Assembly: GCA_949358305.1 (NCBI GenBank)
Contig: OX442314.1
Span: forward strand, 12,276,001 to 12,340,000
Origin: Strigamia acuminata
Taxonomy: Eukaryota
Reading direction: 5' to 3'
DNA length: 64,000 nt
Shown here: one piece after another, positions 37,234 to 50,610 of the stretch
Position numbering within the stretch: position 1 is the first letter of the stretch
How the letters are laid out: the number at the start of each line of letters is the position of its first letter
Made by a program: the position numbers and the translations under genes
The notes under the pieces: generated by a model
Told to the model about the DNA's origin: nothing
What the model saw: only the letters and a program-made list of their open reading frames with translations
Databases searched by the model: none

Positions 37234-37426
37234 CCGTATTTTACTGATTAAGAGTCATCCTCGAATTGTAGCCGCCCTCGAATAAGAGCCGCGACCGAGA
37301 GAGGCGATTTGATATAAGAGCCGCCCTCGAATAATAGTCGCGGCTATATACGTTCAATGAACGTAACAGTAAGATATCGGCCACTATTTAAAATAAGAGC
37401 CGTGGCTCTTACTCGGTAAAATACGG
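37234..37426. mobile_element. CCGTA-ended MITE (Tc1/mariner-pogo like)
   Basis: TA|CCGTATTTTACTGATTAAGAG ... CTCTTACTCGGTAAAATACGG|TA with internal GCCGCCCTCGAATAA repeats. Confidence 0.85.
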
Positions 37427-37431
37427 TAATA

Positions 37432-37581
37432 CAGTCGAGACTCTTTATAACGAATCGCAATATAACAAATTATCGATATAACGAATACCTAAAAATGGCT
37501 GGTTTGGTTGGCTGGCCATAGAACACCATGTTAAAAAATTTTTTCGGGTCCCTTGCGATTCGTTATAAAGAGTTTCGACTG
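37432..37581. mobile_element. Tigger/pogo-like MITE
   Basis: TA|CAGTCGAGACTCTTTATAACGAATCGCAA ... TTGCGATTCGTTATAAAGAGTTTCGACTG|TA. Confidence 0.88.
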
Positions 37582-37613
37582 TATTTTCTATTTAAACAGA
37601 CTTGAAACAATTA

Positions 37614-37838
37614 TCGTATTTTATCGATTAAGAGCCGCGGCTTTTATTCAAAACTGCCATTTTTGTCGGTAGTTACAATTTTGGTTTTTGGTTTGTTACA
37701 TTTGTTTTAATGTAACAAACAAAGTCTGAACGTGAGGTTGAATACGGAAACAATACCGTACTTTGGCAATAATACGGTATTCTTGGTGTCTCAGCCGCGG
37801 CTACTATTCAAGGGCGACTCTTAATCGGTAAAATACGG
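37614..37838. mobile_element. CCGTA-ended MITE, diverged copy
   Basis: TCGTATTTTATCGATTAAGAG ... CTCTTAATCGGTAAAATACGG; right half repeated at 43258-43355. Confidence 0.8.
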
Positions 37839-39408
37839 CATTTTTGTTTTAAATGGCTGTCTAAAATGTGCATTTATACTGGTTTAAAGATGATAAACAT
37901 GACAAAGACTTTTCAAATGCAGCCTTTGCGAAGTACAGTACAGCAATGCAGGGACAAAAGAGAAATATGTGACCTTTTCTTTAGCTAAACAATTTTCTTA
38001 AAGAAATTGGATCAATGAAAGAAGAAGAATAACAAATGAGGATTTTCTTTAAAAAAAATGTTTTTCAGTTGGGGAAAAAAGATGTAACAAAAGTTTGGGA
38101 ATGATTTACGAGTTTTCCATTGATATTTGGTAGATAAACATTCTTTATTTGTTTATAATTCTACATGCATGCTGGTTGGACACTTATTGCGGTAGAAAAG
38201 TAATAAAAGAATGATTAAGTTGATGCTATTTGTACGTGTCTAAGGTTATTGACACAGTGGTGCAGATAGAAAGATCCCAAAGGGAAACAGTTGACGCCAT
38301 TTTAGATTGGATTACTGCGACTTGAATTGTGTGTGCTGGGACCGGAAGTGCGCTTTGTAAAACACGTCAAGGCGTGAGTAGCAGTTTGTCACAAGTTCAT
38401 CGATGGTTATCTTTTAAAGATTGAACCGTAATCGGCGATTTAAGGCATTTGCATGCAGGAAATTACGTGGAACCCTCGGGAGAGGCGGCTGGAAGTGAAG
38501 GACAGGACAGCAGGCTTTTTCCAATTTCGATCTTAGCTTGAGGCTGAGGTTTTGAGTTTCTCTTTCTCGTTCTCTCCTTTTCCTTTTCCTTTATAGCTTT
38601 TATTTCATGTCGGTTTGTTTCCCTGATGCTGATTAGTGGTCAGGGAATTGTAGGGTTTAATTAATTTCATCGAGAGAGGATTCCCGCGTGCGTGGATTTA
38701 TCAAACCGTAAATAAAGTTTTCGTGTGGATTTTAATTGAAAAGAAAGAGGAAAGTTTGTATTATTTTTAAAAATCGTTCTTCAGCTGCGTTTTGTGGGTT
38801 TTGTTAATCCAATTCGAAGGTAATTGCAGGGATGAAACTAAGCATGAGGCAGTTGAAGAATTTGAGCATGTGAATGCTTCAAATTGGATTTGAGCTATTT
38901 CCAAAAGCATTTAATCATGAGAAAGATGTGCACGGTTATAGGGTGGAGTATTTTTTTTCTTCTTTTTTTGCATGAATTTTAAAATAATAATGCGGTCGAT
39001 TTAAATCGATATGAATATTTTATTGAAATTGGCAAGCAAAGGGAATTTGGTATTCTCTAACATATTCGGTTAGGAAGAAGAAAAACAATTTGGATGATCA
39101 ATAGTTTAATAATGCTCTTTTTTGCAGTCTGGTTATCAAAGTTATGAGCTGAAAAATGTATAAATATAGTGGAACGGACCACGGTGATCTGATAACACAA
39201 AAATATATTTTTAATTAAGAAATAGCGGTATGTAAAAAATTAGAAATTTTAAATTGAGCTTTATGATGTCCAAAATGTGCACTGCAACCGAAAGCAGACT
39301 AAAATACCCTGCATGATAAGATGATAACTTCAGTTTGCGCCCGGTATCTTGATACTAAATTCGTACTGCGCATCCCATTCTGCGTAGATGATTTTTTTAA
39401 TTCGAGTA

Positions 39409-39915
39409 GTTATTTACCAGTATTAAGCCTAATAATATGAAAAATAAGGTAAATAAATAAAAATATTTTGGTACTGCGCTGTAAATTACTTTAAATAATG
39501 AGTTTATTGCTGTTTATTTTAGCATTATTAGGCCTAATATTAGGCTTAAGACCGTACTGCCTTGAACAATGGCCGGGCGCAATTAAGCGCCGGCTCTTGA
39601 TTAAGCGTCTGGCAACCGCCAGCTGAAAAACCAATAAGCGCCTGCCTCAAATAAACGCCGGGCGCGTTTAAACGCCGGGTTAACGGGAAAATACTTTAAA
39701 AACGGTTATTAAAAACGGTTTTTAGTAGCCTTTTGGAGGAAACTTTGACGGACAAAACCTCAACAAACGAAACGTTTGGAGTCAGCAACTTTTTTTTTGG
39801 ATAGAGGCCTGGCTTAAATAATCGCCTGGTTTTGAATAAGCACCTGGCGAGCAAGGTGAAAAAAAAATTAAACGCCCGGGCCATTGTTCAAGGCAGTACG
39901 GTACTGCTAAATAAC
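39409..39915. mobile_element. Small MITE whose right inverted repeat is split by the 39552-39901 insertion
   Basis: Left GTTATTTACCAGTATTAAGCCTAATA; right arm reconstructed as TATTAGGCTTAA[insert]TACTGCTAAATAAC. Confidence 0.65.
39552..39901 (+). mobile_element. Complete CCGTA-ended MITE (Tc1/mariner-pogo like)
   Basis: TIR CCGTACTGCCTTGAACAATGGCC at both ends; flanks GA and TA; second copy at 2428-2747. Confidence 0.9.
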
Positions 39916-41289
39916 AACTGGAACGCCAAATTTACAATCGGCGCTTTCGTAAAGTCATGTTTAACCTGCAATTAAACTTGTTTCGTTGTTTAAATATTGT
40001 GTGCATACACACTGCTATTAAAAACAAGTAAATCACTCGCCGTTTTTAAAGTTAGATCAGTGGTTCCCAAACTTTTTTGGGTCACGACGCTCCTGTATAC
40101 CAGACACGGCGCCCCTGCAAGTCAGTCCACCGTTGAAGTAGGTCCGTAAAGTTTCGGAGCCACAGAGTTAAATCGAAACAAGCAGATTAAAAAGCACTTT
40201 AAATATGCTGTTACGTTGAATGCGTTTAGTGTAAATGACTTTTCTAATCCAGCTAGTTATTAGAGTCAATATCAACGTCCACTGGAATAATTTCCAACAG
40301 GAAATATTTTATTTTGGAGAATTTTTTTTATTTTTTTATTTTTATTTTTTTTGTGGAAGAACTTTTTTCATTGTGTTTGTGACAGGCAATTTAAGTTTGC
40401 AAAGTGGTTTCCCCCAAGGAGTTAAATTGTCGCACTTAGATTCTCCAGTTTAATGATTAGGAATTTGATTGTGACAAAGTGTCAACCAATGAGACCGTCT
40501 GATGAGTGTTCTCGGGGTCTTAGTTAAGGTGGCAGAGTGAAAACGAGGAGATTTTGCTGGGTAGTTGACTAAGAGAAACGTGCAAGTTTGATCGTTTGCT
40601 GGAGCCTAGGAGCTATATGAAGAAAGTCGCAACTTCTCTTTTCGCCGTTGATTGTGGCAAATGTTAAACGAATCGAGCGTTGTAGCAACATGTGAGATTG
40701 TAATTTTCTGTATCGTAAAAAGTGCTGGCAATATGCTGCTTTTCTTTCTTATTAAACATGTTTTTTGTAAATCCCTTTATTTTACATTTGCAAAAAATGG
40801 CTTTTAAATGAGTTCTCAACACAATAAAATTGCAATTTATTCTTGCAACGAACCATTTTGAAAGTAAATTTTCTCTTTTCAATTTTTTTTTTTTTTTGGA
40901 TTGGAATTTTTATTTTTATTTTATTTAAAATTTGTATACACATTCTTGTTTTTGGCGTCGTCGCTTTGAGCCAGAAAATAGCTACGGTTTTTAATTTGTT
41001 TTTATTTTTTAAAGTTTTTCTCTTTTTGTTTGGATTTGAGTAGGAGCATAAGCGTAAGGTTCATTGGAGCATGTTCTTTAATCACTCTGCTACCATGAGG
41101 CTTTATTCTTGCTGATATTGCTTTTGTCGATCAATAATTGGGGCGATTTGGTTCCATAATTTATTATGTTTATATATATAAAAAAAATAGTTTTATACAC
41201 CAGATGTACGACTGTGCCGATGTGTTATGATGATTTCATACAAGTTGGGAAACATTCAAGGAAATTGGTTCATAAACAGTGAATTTTCA

Positions 41290-41560
41290 GTAATTACCAG
41301 TGATTTTGTGGTTTTTTAGTACATTTTGTGATTTTTCTATTGATTTGTGTGATTTTTAATTGATTTTGTGATTTTTCAATTGATTTTTGTGATTTTCAAT
41401 TAATTTTTGTAATTTTTCAATTAATTTTTGTAATTTTCAATTAGTTTTTGTAATTTTCAATTGATTTTTGTGATTTTCAATTGATTTTTGTGATTTTGAA
41501 TTAATTATTTGTGATTTTTTTTTTACAGTTTTAGTTGATTTTTAATGATTTTTGATGATT
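41290..41560. repeat. About 20-bp minisatellite
   Basis: Unit approximately TTGATTTTTGTGATTTTCAA. Confidence 0.85.
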
Positions 41561-43257
41561 TCTTTGTTTCATTAACTTTTGACTTGATATAACTAATTAT
41601 TAGATGCAAATTTAATCGTCGAGTAAAGTCGTTTGCTGGATGTCAGCTCCTTTAGTTGGATATGTTAAAATGTGACTTTTATTAGAAACGGGCACAGTGC
41701 TTTTGGGTAACAAAAACGACAATTGAAATGTCAAAACCCAAGTCTGCTTTAAGCTAAAAGCCGCGCTTTGAAGATTTTTTTTTCAAGTTTCCAATAATAC
41801 CGTTTGCGACATCTAGTGAATCGCTATAAGGAGGGAAGACTACAGTAGAATCCCATTAAGTTTCTATGTTTGTCCAACTGATGTAATTTGCCTAGTTTCT
41901 GCACCTAAGGTGATCAAACTTACACTGCTCTTAAGTGTCGCCAGCACTTGCACCACCTGATGTTTGCTTAGGCTAAGATGGGTTAGATTTCAGATACCTA
42001 AAGTGCCCACCACATTTCTAAAACTTCTGCTTGCGCCATTGAATGAGTTGAAGGTAGCAGGAACGATTGGAATATCAGCCATCGTGTTAACAAATTGGTG
42101 TTGTTTAAATGTTGTGCGCATGCCCACTGAGACTGAAAGAAATTGCTCTCCATTTTTGAAGTTAGATCAAGACAACCATTTAAATACGATGTTTAAAATG
42201 CTGTACGCCTCATTTCTTTGTTCTGCGTCTGCAATTGTGACTTTTTTCCTGAGAATGTTTGCTTTTTGCTGAAGAAACGACTAAAATTTAAACGCTGCAG
42301 CTAGTAGCGTTCTAACTACAAACTGCGAGTTATGTTTATTGTGAGGCAGTCATAAACAGGGCTGCCGTTACGTACAGGCGAAGCAAACAGCCGCTTATGA
42401 CGGACAATTTAAAGGGATTATCCTTGGATCCTTAAAAAAAACAGATCAATGTTTGAAAAAGGTCGTTGGAAAGTCCAGTGCCACCCACCAAAATGCTAAC
42501 CAATTTTGTATGGGTTCATTTCTAATGTCTAAATTAACCTAAAACTTACCATAGGTTAGGCACACACTGGAGTGTTCTGTACTCCATCCTCTTTACATTC
42601 ACTCATGTTAATTTGTAACACTGCCTGTGCGCAGCGCCACCTATGTATTTTCTGTATTAAAAACACACTTACGCAAATACCGTACCGCTTCGTTTAAGCG
42701 CCTGTGTTCATAAGGCGCCAGGCCCGTTTTAGCGAGCGTTTTAGCGCCGGGCAGTCATCGGTGTTTCAGGGAATTGGCGCCGACCCCGATTAAGCACCGG
42801 GTCCCCAAAAATGACGTAAAATGATGTAAAAGACTATCGTGATGAGATCACAAGCTGTATTTGAAGAATCATTTAGACCAAGTGGCGTTTTTAAACATTA
42901 GTTGCTGTGTTTGCTTCACTGCTTTGACCAATGCCCTTAAACATCTTGTTATTTTATGATGTTGTTCCCACAGCGCCACCTGTATTTTCCATGAATAAAT
43001 CACCACTAACTTTGACCACTTGAAATTGAAGTCCGTTTTTGTTCTGTTCTACACAAAATTATGACTTAGTATTGCTATGTTCTTACTAAATATTAAAATT
43101 GTAAGTGGAGTGAAAGAAATGACGACCGTCCATGGAAGTAGAAATTAATCAAGCGATTTTTGTTCAAGTATGCCAGGTGGCGCTTAAACACGGGATTATC
43201 CCATATGAAAAAATATTATAGGGTATTCTTGTAGTAATATCCTATAGGGTGTACTAT

Positions 43258-43355
43258 AATACGGAAACAATACCGTACTTTTGCAAAAATACGGTATTCT
43301 TGGTGTCTCAGCGGCAGCTACTATTCGAGGGCGACTCTTAATCGGTAAAATACGG
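43258..43355 (+). mobile_element. Right end of a CCGTA-family MITE
   Basis: Near-identical to about 37741-37838; ends TACGG|TA. Confidence 0.75.
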
Positions 43356-44944
43356 TATTTGTTTTGCTTTAGAAAACTATTCTTACAATCACAATCACAG
43401 TGGCCACTTAGAGTCCTACAGAGTTTTCGAGCTAACACCACCCATTTCTTGATTGAACTGGACTCGAGCAAATTTGCTCGTTGCCAATAGCACTGACTTT
43501 AACCGATAATGAGTTGACGTGCGTTCCGACCAGGAGCATCTCATTGGGACCAACATCTCCGTGTAAAACGCTTCGATGCGCGCACAAACCATCATTTGTA
43601 GGGCAATTACAGAACTACAAGCGCCTTTTTCTTTCTACTGGAGAAATCGAAACCCATCGCACACCTGAGGAAGATTTCCTTCTCTGGCATGGAAATGATG
43701 AGAATAAATGTTCGCAATTCCTCCTAAATCCCTCGGGTATTTTTTTCCTATTCTTTGGAAGGATTTACGAGTTATTTTGTTAAGAATTTACTACAAACTT
43801 GGCTTTTACAAAGGCTCAAATACAATTTTTTTTTTCTGGGTTTCGTTTGATGAAGAGCTAGTGCTAGAATATTGGAGCCGAGCCCAAAGGCGGGGGGTGG
43901 AGGGGCTGCACATGCTCAGCACGTGTCTCGCATACGTAGGCCACCACTCGATTGTCCTTTGTATTGGAGCAACACATCGGATGTCCATGATCGTGTTTTC
44001 TGGTTAGTAAATTACTGCTTGCGCTTTGATTCGGAGTTGCACTATACAATTATGTAGGTAGAAAAAAAATCTAACGTGTATTGGATGTCTTATTTACTCG
44101 GAGTGAATTTGATTGGTTTTGTACTGGGGAAAATATATATTGGCTGGTAAACAAGTAGTAAGAGGAAAGGACGTGGGTGGTTTGGGGGTGTAGAGCGAGA
44201 AAATGAATTTTTTAGTGAATCACAAGAAGGAAATTGTTGTGTTTTGGTAGTAAAACCGAAATATACGCAGATGTTGTCTCTATCTTTATCTGCCATACAG
44301 GTTTGAGTATGTAACAGGCGCCGCATTGGCGTCAACATCAATCGTGGTAGTAATCGCTAAGCCCTAAATAAACCAGGGTAATGCCCCTGTTTTATTTGAT
44401 TTGACGTTTTCATATTGGTAAAATTAGTTTTGCGAATTTTTAGATGTTTTAGCTTTGGGATTAGGGGATTTCTATCAGAAATTTAGATGTAAAAACGACA
44501 ATTTGGTCTAAAGTTTTCAATTGAATTCGCTTTAAGTGGAAATTCGAGCCTCGAGAATTAGAAGCAGATTCGACTGACAAAGCGATTTGTATGTGTAGGA
44601 ATCTGCGTATTTGTTTTATGTGTTTGGTTTCAATTACTTTTCATTGATGGGAATGTTTTTACGATCCACTAATCCATTTCAAGTGGGATGGAAACCGTAA
44701 AAATAAATTGCAAACAGTATGCGTCTGCATCCCGGGTGGACTACATGTGGGCTACGAGTTGTTTTTTTACACATAAATAGCCCATGTTTGCAAGGACAAG
44801 AGGAGGGAATGACGAAGGAAGCCAAGGGAGTGAGTTTTGTCGAGTGGAAAGACGAAAGAGTGATGCTGGTAGACTCTGCTCGGCTTGGACTGAGTGGAGT
44901 AGTTACCTAAGGAGAACTGGAGTTTTTATGGGACATTGACTGTC

Positions 44945-44998
44945 AGTGTATCGTTTTTTAACTGAGGAATTTATCGCTGGTGTAATTGGAACTAGTTG
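44945..44998 (+). other. Candidate alternative non-coding first exon
   Basis: G-rich upstream patch, TCAGT at 44943-44947, donor TTG|GTGAGT at 44998/44999. Confidence 0.3.
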
Positions 44999-45746
44999 GT
45001 GAGTATTGAATTTAATTTCTTGCTTGGTTTGATGAAACTAAAAAGGTTTGGTAATTTAATTAATGGTTTGGGGGGATTTTCGATTTACGGTTTTGCAGTG
45101 TCATAAAGATATGAAATGAAAGAAAGAGAAATGAAATGATTGATGAAGAAGTCAATTTTACCCGGGGGTTGTGATAAGGGAGGATTTACGACTGACTGCT
45201 GACATGTCAATTATTACTGAGAATTGTGGCTTGAGCAGGAAATTAATTCGACTTGTGTAGTTAGAACTGAAATTACTTAATGATAGTAATTGCCGTATGT
45301 TGGAATGCAGCAAATAATGTTCGGAGTGGAATTGTGGAAGTATGAACCATAAAACAAAATACCGTATTGATGTGCTTTTAAAGGCATACCACTAAACAAC
45401 GAGTTTGACCAGACTGTCTTTAAGTTGCGTTTTTAGTGACGTTATTTGAAAATTTCAGAAATTTTTTTTAAAAAAAAAAATTTACCAGTTTCCAGGTTAC
45501 CTTGGCAAAGACCATACCAGTAACAAATAGTTACGTTTGCATTTAAGGGCTTGCATTGTGGTACAAATCAACATCTGCACGTGCATGTGCAGTGATGGTT
45601 ATAATTAAATGAAGAATGGTGTAGATCAAGAGATTAGAAGAAATGATTTCAATAGAGAAAGCATTTTTAAAGGCTTTTATTTTTAATGTCAAAATAAAGC
45701 TACTATAGTTGGTTTGAGTTATCTTTCTGATTTAGAATGTTGCACT

Positions 45747-45845
45747 TTCATCATTCACATCGATGTAAGTACTGGCGAGCTTGGTGCAGTCCTTATGCAA
45801 GAAGACCTCGGAGATGTACGACCAGTTGCTTATGCTAGCAGGTCA
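45747..45845 (+). pseudogene. Ty3/Gypsy RNase H fragment
   Basis: Translates FIIHIDVSTGELGAVLMQEDLGDVRPVAYASRS, matching the gypsy motif F.L.TDAS..GLGAVL.Q...RPVAYASR. Not in the ORF track. Confidence 0.88.
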
Positions 45846-48034
45846 CATTGCGAGGTGCAGTAGCCAACTAGAATGCATCAGAGTGTCTAGGTGTGGTTTG
45901 GGCTGTGAACAAGTTAAAGCCGTATGAGGAATATCCAGAATGTGTAGTTGAGACGGATAAGTGGAACCGAGATGGATCGCACAACCCTTGAGTGGCTCAT
46001 AGCTTGTGAAACTCAACATGAAACTCAATTTTCTGCAACTATTCCATCATTTGTTAAACTGCGTGCTTGTGCTTTTCAACCTTTTCACAATTCTAAATCA
46101 AATTCGACCTTAGGTCAAGCTGACCACACGTGATTGTGTGCAGTGAGAGTCAGCAATTCTCTGATAGTTGGTTTAACCAAATTTACACAATTCACAAGCT
46201 GACTCAATGTCACGTGATTGAAAATCGAGTGGACCCTAAATCCCTCTTTAAATTCCTTCAATCTCTTTATTCTCGGCTGATTATTTTAAGTATAAATGAA
46301 AAAAAAAATTCGTAATCTTTTCGAAAAAAAAAAATTCCTCAGTCTCATTTATTCCTGGCTGAGAATTTAATGACGACCCGCGAATAAAAAAACACTCTCT
46401 TTTATCTCGAGATCTGTCAGAAATGCATTACAGAACTAATTACAGCTAAGTAGCCGAGTAGTTAATGGTGAAATAAGAGAAAATGAGCTTTATTGCAATA
46501 AATAAAAGATTCCCTCACCCCTTCTTAATTTCTCTGATGTCTAATTAGTTCGTTGCGAACCTGTTTTTGCATCTAATTACCCTACTTCTTGTGATTTACC
46601 ACATTTCTTGCTTTTTTTAATTTTTTTTTTTTCAAGATTTACCATCTCGCCAAACTTTAATTTTGTTTCTATTTTTGAATGCTTCTTGTGCATTTTGAGA
46701 TGTTGGTGCTGAAGGAAAGAGTCTTTATGGGAGTCCGTGACGCCGCGCATCGCTCATAGGTTTAAACTCAACGAATTTTATGGATGAATTCGTTTCTTTG
46801 AAACTTTTTAGACAATGCAGCTGTCGAGGTCGAGTCCTGCTCTCACCGTCTACAGCCTATTGGAGCTGGAGGATTTTTCCCATTTATTTTCATTGATTAC
46901 AACTAGTGGCGAGTGTGAAACACATTGGACCAAAGTTGCAACTCCCACGCCAATAAACTTTTTTTTTTTTGGGGGTGAAATTTTTTTTTCCTTGTTCTTA
47001 ACAGTAATAACAATAGACACATTGGTTTCGACGATTCAGCAGTCTTTCATTTTCTACGAGTGTTCAGAGTACTCTAAAAGTTAGATCTTTGTATATATCG
47101 CACAAATTGCAAGAGTTGCATCGAGCGTTTCTATGGTAACGGCGTTGTTTGCACATTCGGAGGTTTTTGCGTGTTCGGGTTTTCTAAAGTTTAATTTTTA
47201 TTTATTTAGTTTTTTTTTCTGTCTTATTTTGTCCTTTTGTTAATCATATATCATTACTAATTTGAAAACGCACGCCACCAAAGTGTTGAATATCAATTAT
47301 GTTGGTCGAAACGAGCAAACTCATTAAACCCATATTTTTTTTTTCTGCGCAGTTTCGTCCTCGGGTTTTCTCAAATTCATTAACGAACTCAGTTAGCAGC
47401 TCGTAATTAGACTTTGGGCACATGTGCTGTAAATCTCACTCATATTGTGGTGTATTCTTCATCAGTGCTAGCATTTAATGAGTAGGAGAAATTTGGGAAC
47501 GTTTATTGTTAGTCCTTTAAAGTTTTCTGCTGAACTGTATATTTAATTACGTTAAGTTTTTAATCGATTTCGTACATTAAAAACATATTTTTTTAATAAT
47601 AATTTGAGGAATTTTTTTTCCACATGAGTGGAGGTAATTGTTTTGAATTATTTATAAATAAAAACATGTTAAAATTTCGAAAAATTAATTGGTTTAAAAC
47701 ATTATAATTAAATTGTATTATTACAAGGGAAAGGGGACTTTTACTTGCTTTACTGCATAGTTTCTGTACATCAGTTCACTTATGAGCAGAGTGAGTGATG
47801 GGTATTTTGAATTTGATATCAATATTCCGGACACAGACTTTGTAGAATGCTGGATAAAACCTGAATTGTATTCTTGATTACATATAGAACACTCCCGGGA
47901 TGTCCACGTCCGCATTCTTTAAAGGGTAACTATCTAATGTTAGAAATACAACTTTGTAAGTAGGCGTATTTATTTAGTCATTGGGGGTTTGCAGTATAGG
48001 TAGAAAACTTGTAGCTTGTAACCAGGGTTGAACC

Positions 48035-48194
48035 CAGGCCCACCTTTACCATTGGGCTAACTGGGCTGCAGCCCAGGGGCGCCGGGCACAGGGGGGCACC
48101 GGTCACAGGGGCTCGATGGGCACAGAAAAGTGCTGGGCAAGGGAAGCCTGAGTTTTATTAGCCCAGGGCGCTGAAAAGTGTAAAGACGGCCCTG
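48035..48194. mobile_element. GC-rich hAT MITE
   Basis: CAGGCCCACCTTTAC ... GTAAAGACGGCCCTG; perfect 8-bp TSD GTTGAACC (48027-48034, 48195-48202). Confidence 0.9.
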
Positions 48195-48205
48195 GTTGAA
48201 CCATG

Positions 48206-48411
48206 AACCAAGGATGACATGGACACGTATTCGTGTGTTATTTCCTATTGATTTGTTATTCTGTGCGCTGATTGGATGTCAGCAGTCATGTGTCATGCAT
48301 TGCTTGCCAACTATGCATGTTTGTTATCTGTTGTCATCCCAGAATACAGTGCAGCTATATATTATGTAGTGCCATCAGTGGCAAAATGCACTGTACATGT
48401 TATCCTTGGTT
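48206..48411 (+). mobile_element. MITE with AACCAAGGATGACATG ends
   Basis: AACCAAGGATGACATG ... CATGTTATCCTTGGTT; second copy at 23465-23655. Confidence 0.78.
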
Positions 48412-49717
48412 GATGGTTGCACGCACTATCGTTACGATAATATCATCACCAGTAATCTCGTTGTTATGTAACTGTAACGGTAATAAGTTATCCATTGATG
48501 ACAAAGTAACTCGTCAGAAATTTGTTAATACTTTACCAATAACGACTTGCTAATCTCGTTATCGTTATGTAGCAATTCACCATGTAACATTATAACGCAC
48601 TTTGGGCCTAAAATTTCTTTTGGCCTAAAAGTGCATTTTTGAATCTAAAATTGCGTTATTGGATCTAAAATGTGTTTTAAGACCTAAAAAATGTTTTTAG
48701 TTAATAGTTATTGCGTCAACTCGTCTCTAAAAGTTGGTTAGCATGTTTTATTGAGGGTAAAATTGCCAGTCAATGTCAGTTACTTCGATCAAAATTTTAT
48801 AGATATGCGCTGTAGTACTGGTATGTTTTCTTCTGATGGGGGAATACGGGAGAAACCCTGCAACAAATATGGGCTATTATTCGATTCTTCTTGTGTAATA
48901 CCATGGGAAGGAAAGGAGATAAAAACCTAAGAGCAAAAAATGGGTCTAAGCTTCTTTTTAACATTTTTCATCGTATACTATGTGTGTGAAAACATTTTCA
49001 TGTTTTTTCAACCAATCTTGGATCTCTAGCGCCTTTCGCGTGTGATAAGAAAGAAGGAAATTGTGGCGAGTTGCTCACACATTTAGAAAGGATCCTTCTG
49101 TGATGGATAGCACCCTTGAGGATCAAGTTTGGACTTTTTAATCGCGTTTACTTTTTTTTTCTATTTTTTATTACTGATAGTGCAAATCGACTCTCTTAGT
49201 GAAGATTAATTAAAAGTTGTTGAGTAAGTGGTGGCTGAGAAGATTATAGCAGACGCCCCACAAAGATGTTATCTTAAATTATAAGTTGTAGTGTTGTATA
49301 TGATAACATCTAGTTTTAATTGGATTGCTGGCAAAGTATTGCTTTTGTATTGGTACTAGTTGGTCTCGCAGCGCTGTGAATAGCCATTGGAGAATGAATT
49401 CACAAGCTTATGGTGATGTGTAACATTTAAAGCTGAATTCATTAATTCTTTGAAAACTAATTTTAGCTAACATTTATGTTGTGCTCAATTTCCTGACAAT
49501 ATTTTATGATTGGGAGATTTTATCAAAATATCAAAATGTTCTGAAAGTGCAAAGCATGATACTTTTTTAATTTCCTGCGTAGATCCATGGCAATGTTAAA
49601 CCTTCACTACAGATTTTTTTTTGCCGTTTTTATTTTCCTGCATTATTAAAAAAAATATGACTGCGTATCTTTATAAAACATTCGAAAGTTATTTAAAAAT
49701 ATTTTTGAAGACTATCT

Positions 49718-50126
49718 ATACTTTGGCTCATCATAAGAGTTTGACTTTTTGCTATTGGCCAGAGTCATTTCACTGGTGTACCGGTAGTTATACATAAAAG
49801 TAGGCCAAAATACATGTTGAGTTTTTGCCAGACAAAACAACCAATCAAAAAATGCAAAAATTGCTTGCTTTCCTGACAAAGCAACCAATAAACTGAACAA
49901 ACATGTATTTTGAAATAAGAACAGCATAAAACATTGTTTTAAGATTTTTAAAAACATTTTATTGTAAAAACCAAATCAATTTACAACATTTTAACCACTA
50001 CAATAATCAAACAAATTAAAAACAGAACAAAACTACTTTTCCTGGTGGCAGTATAAAGGCAACAGTTAGGATTAAACAGGCTCGGCCAATAGGAAAAAGT
50101 CATACTCTTATGATGAGCCAGAGTTT
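49718..50126. mobile_element. MITE family TACTCTGGCTCA, copy 2
   Basis: TIR variant GGCTCATCATAAGAGT(T/A)TGACTTTTT(G/C)CTATTGGCC; interior is the reverse complement of 9899-10292. Confidence 0.85.
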
Positions 50127-50467
50127 AACTTGGTGCTTCTCAAACTGTTGTCTGCGGACTGATGCCAATCTGCAAGCAAGAGGCTGTCGGTCCAAACTTT
50201 TTGGACATAATTTTCATTATTCCGAACTTTTTAGACACTAGTGTTGTATTCAAAAGCAGATGAGTAGAAAATTATGCATCCAACAGGGGCACATTTTTGC
50301 TCAATCTAGAGCTAAATTAGGTCTCTTAGGAATATTTTTATTTATTTAAATGAGAGCTTTCCAGCAATGTCAAAACGCCTTCAAACAATGATGTGCTTAA
50401 AAAATTTGGATTATTCAAACTTTTTGGACTGACTGTAGTTTTAGAAGTGATGGTCTAACTGGCACTA

Positions 50468-50610
50468 GCTGCGTTCAATACTGAAGCCTGAAGTGACGTA
50501 ACTGCTTACATGATGTGTTTTGGGTCATATTACAAATCGTTTGGTGATCTATCTCAATCGTGATGCAAAATAGTCGTACAAGGATCGAACGTCGTAATAT
50601 TGAATGCAGC
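50468..50610. mobile_element. Small MITE
   Basis: GCTGCGTTCAATA ... TATTGAATGCAGC. Confidence 0.55.
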
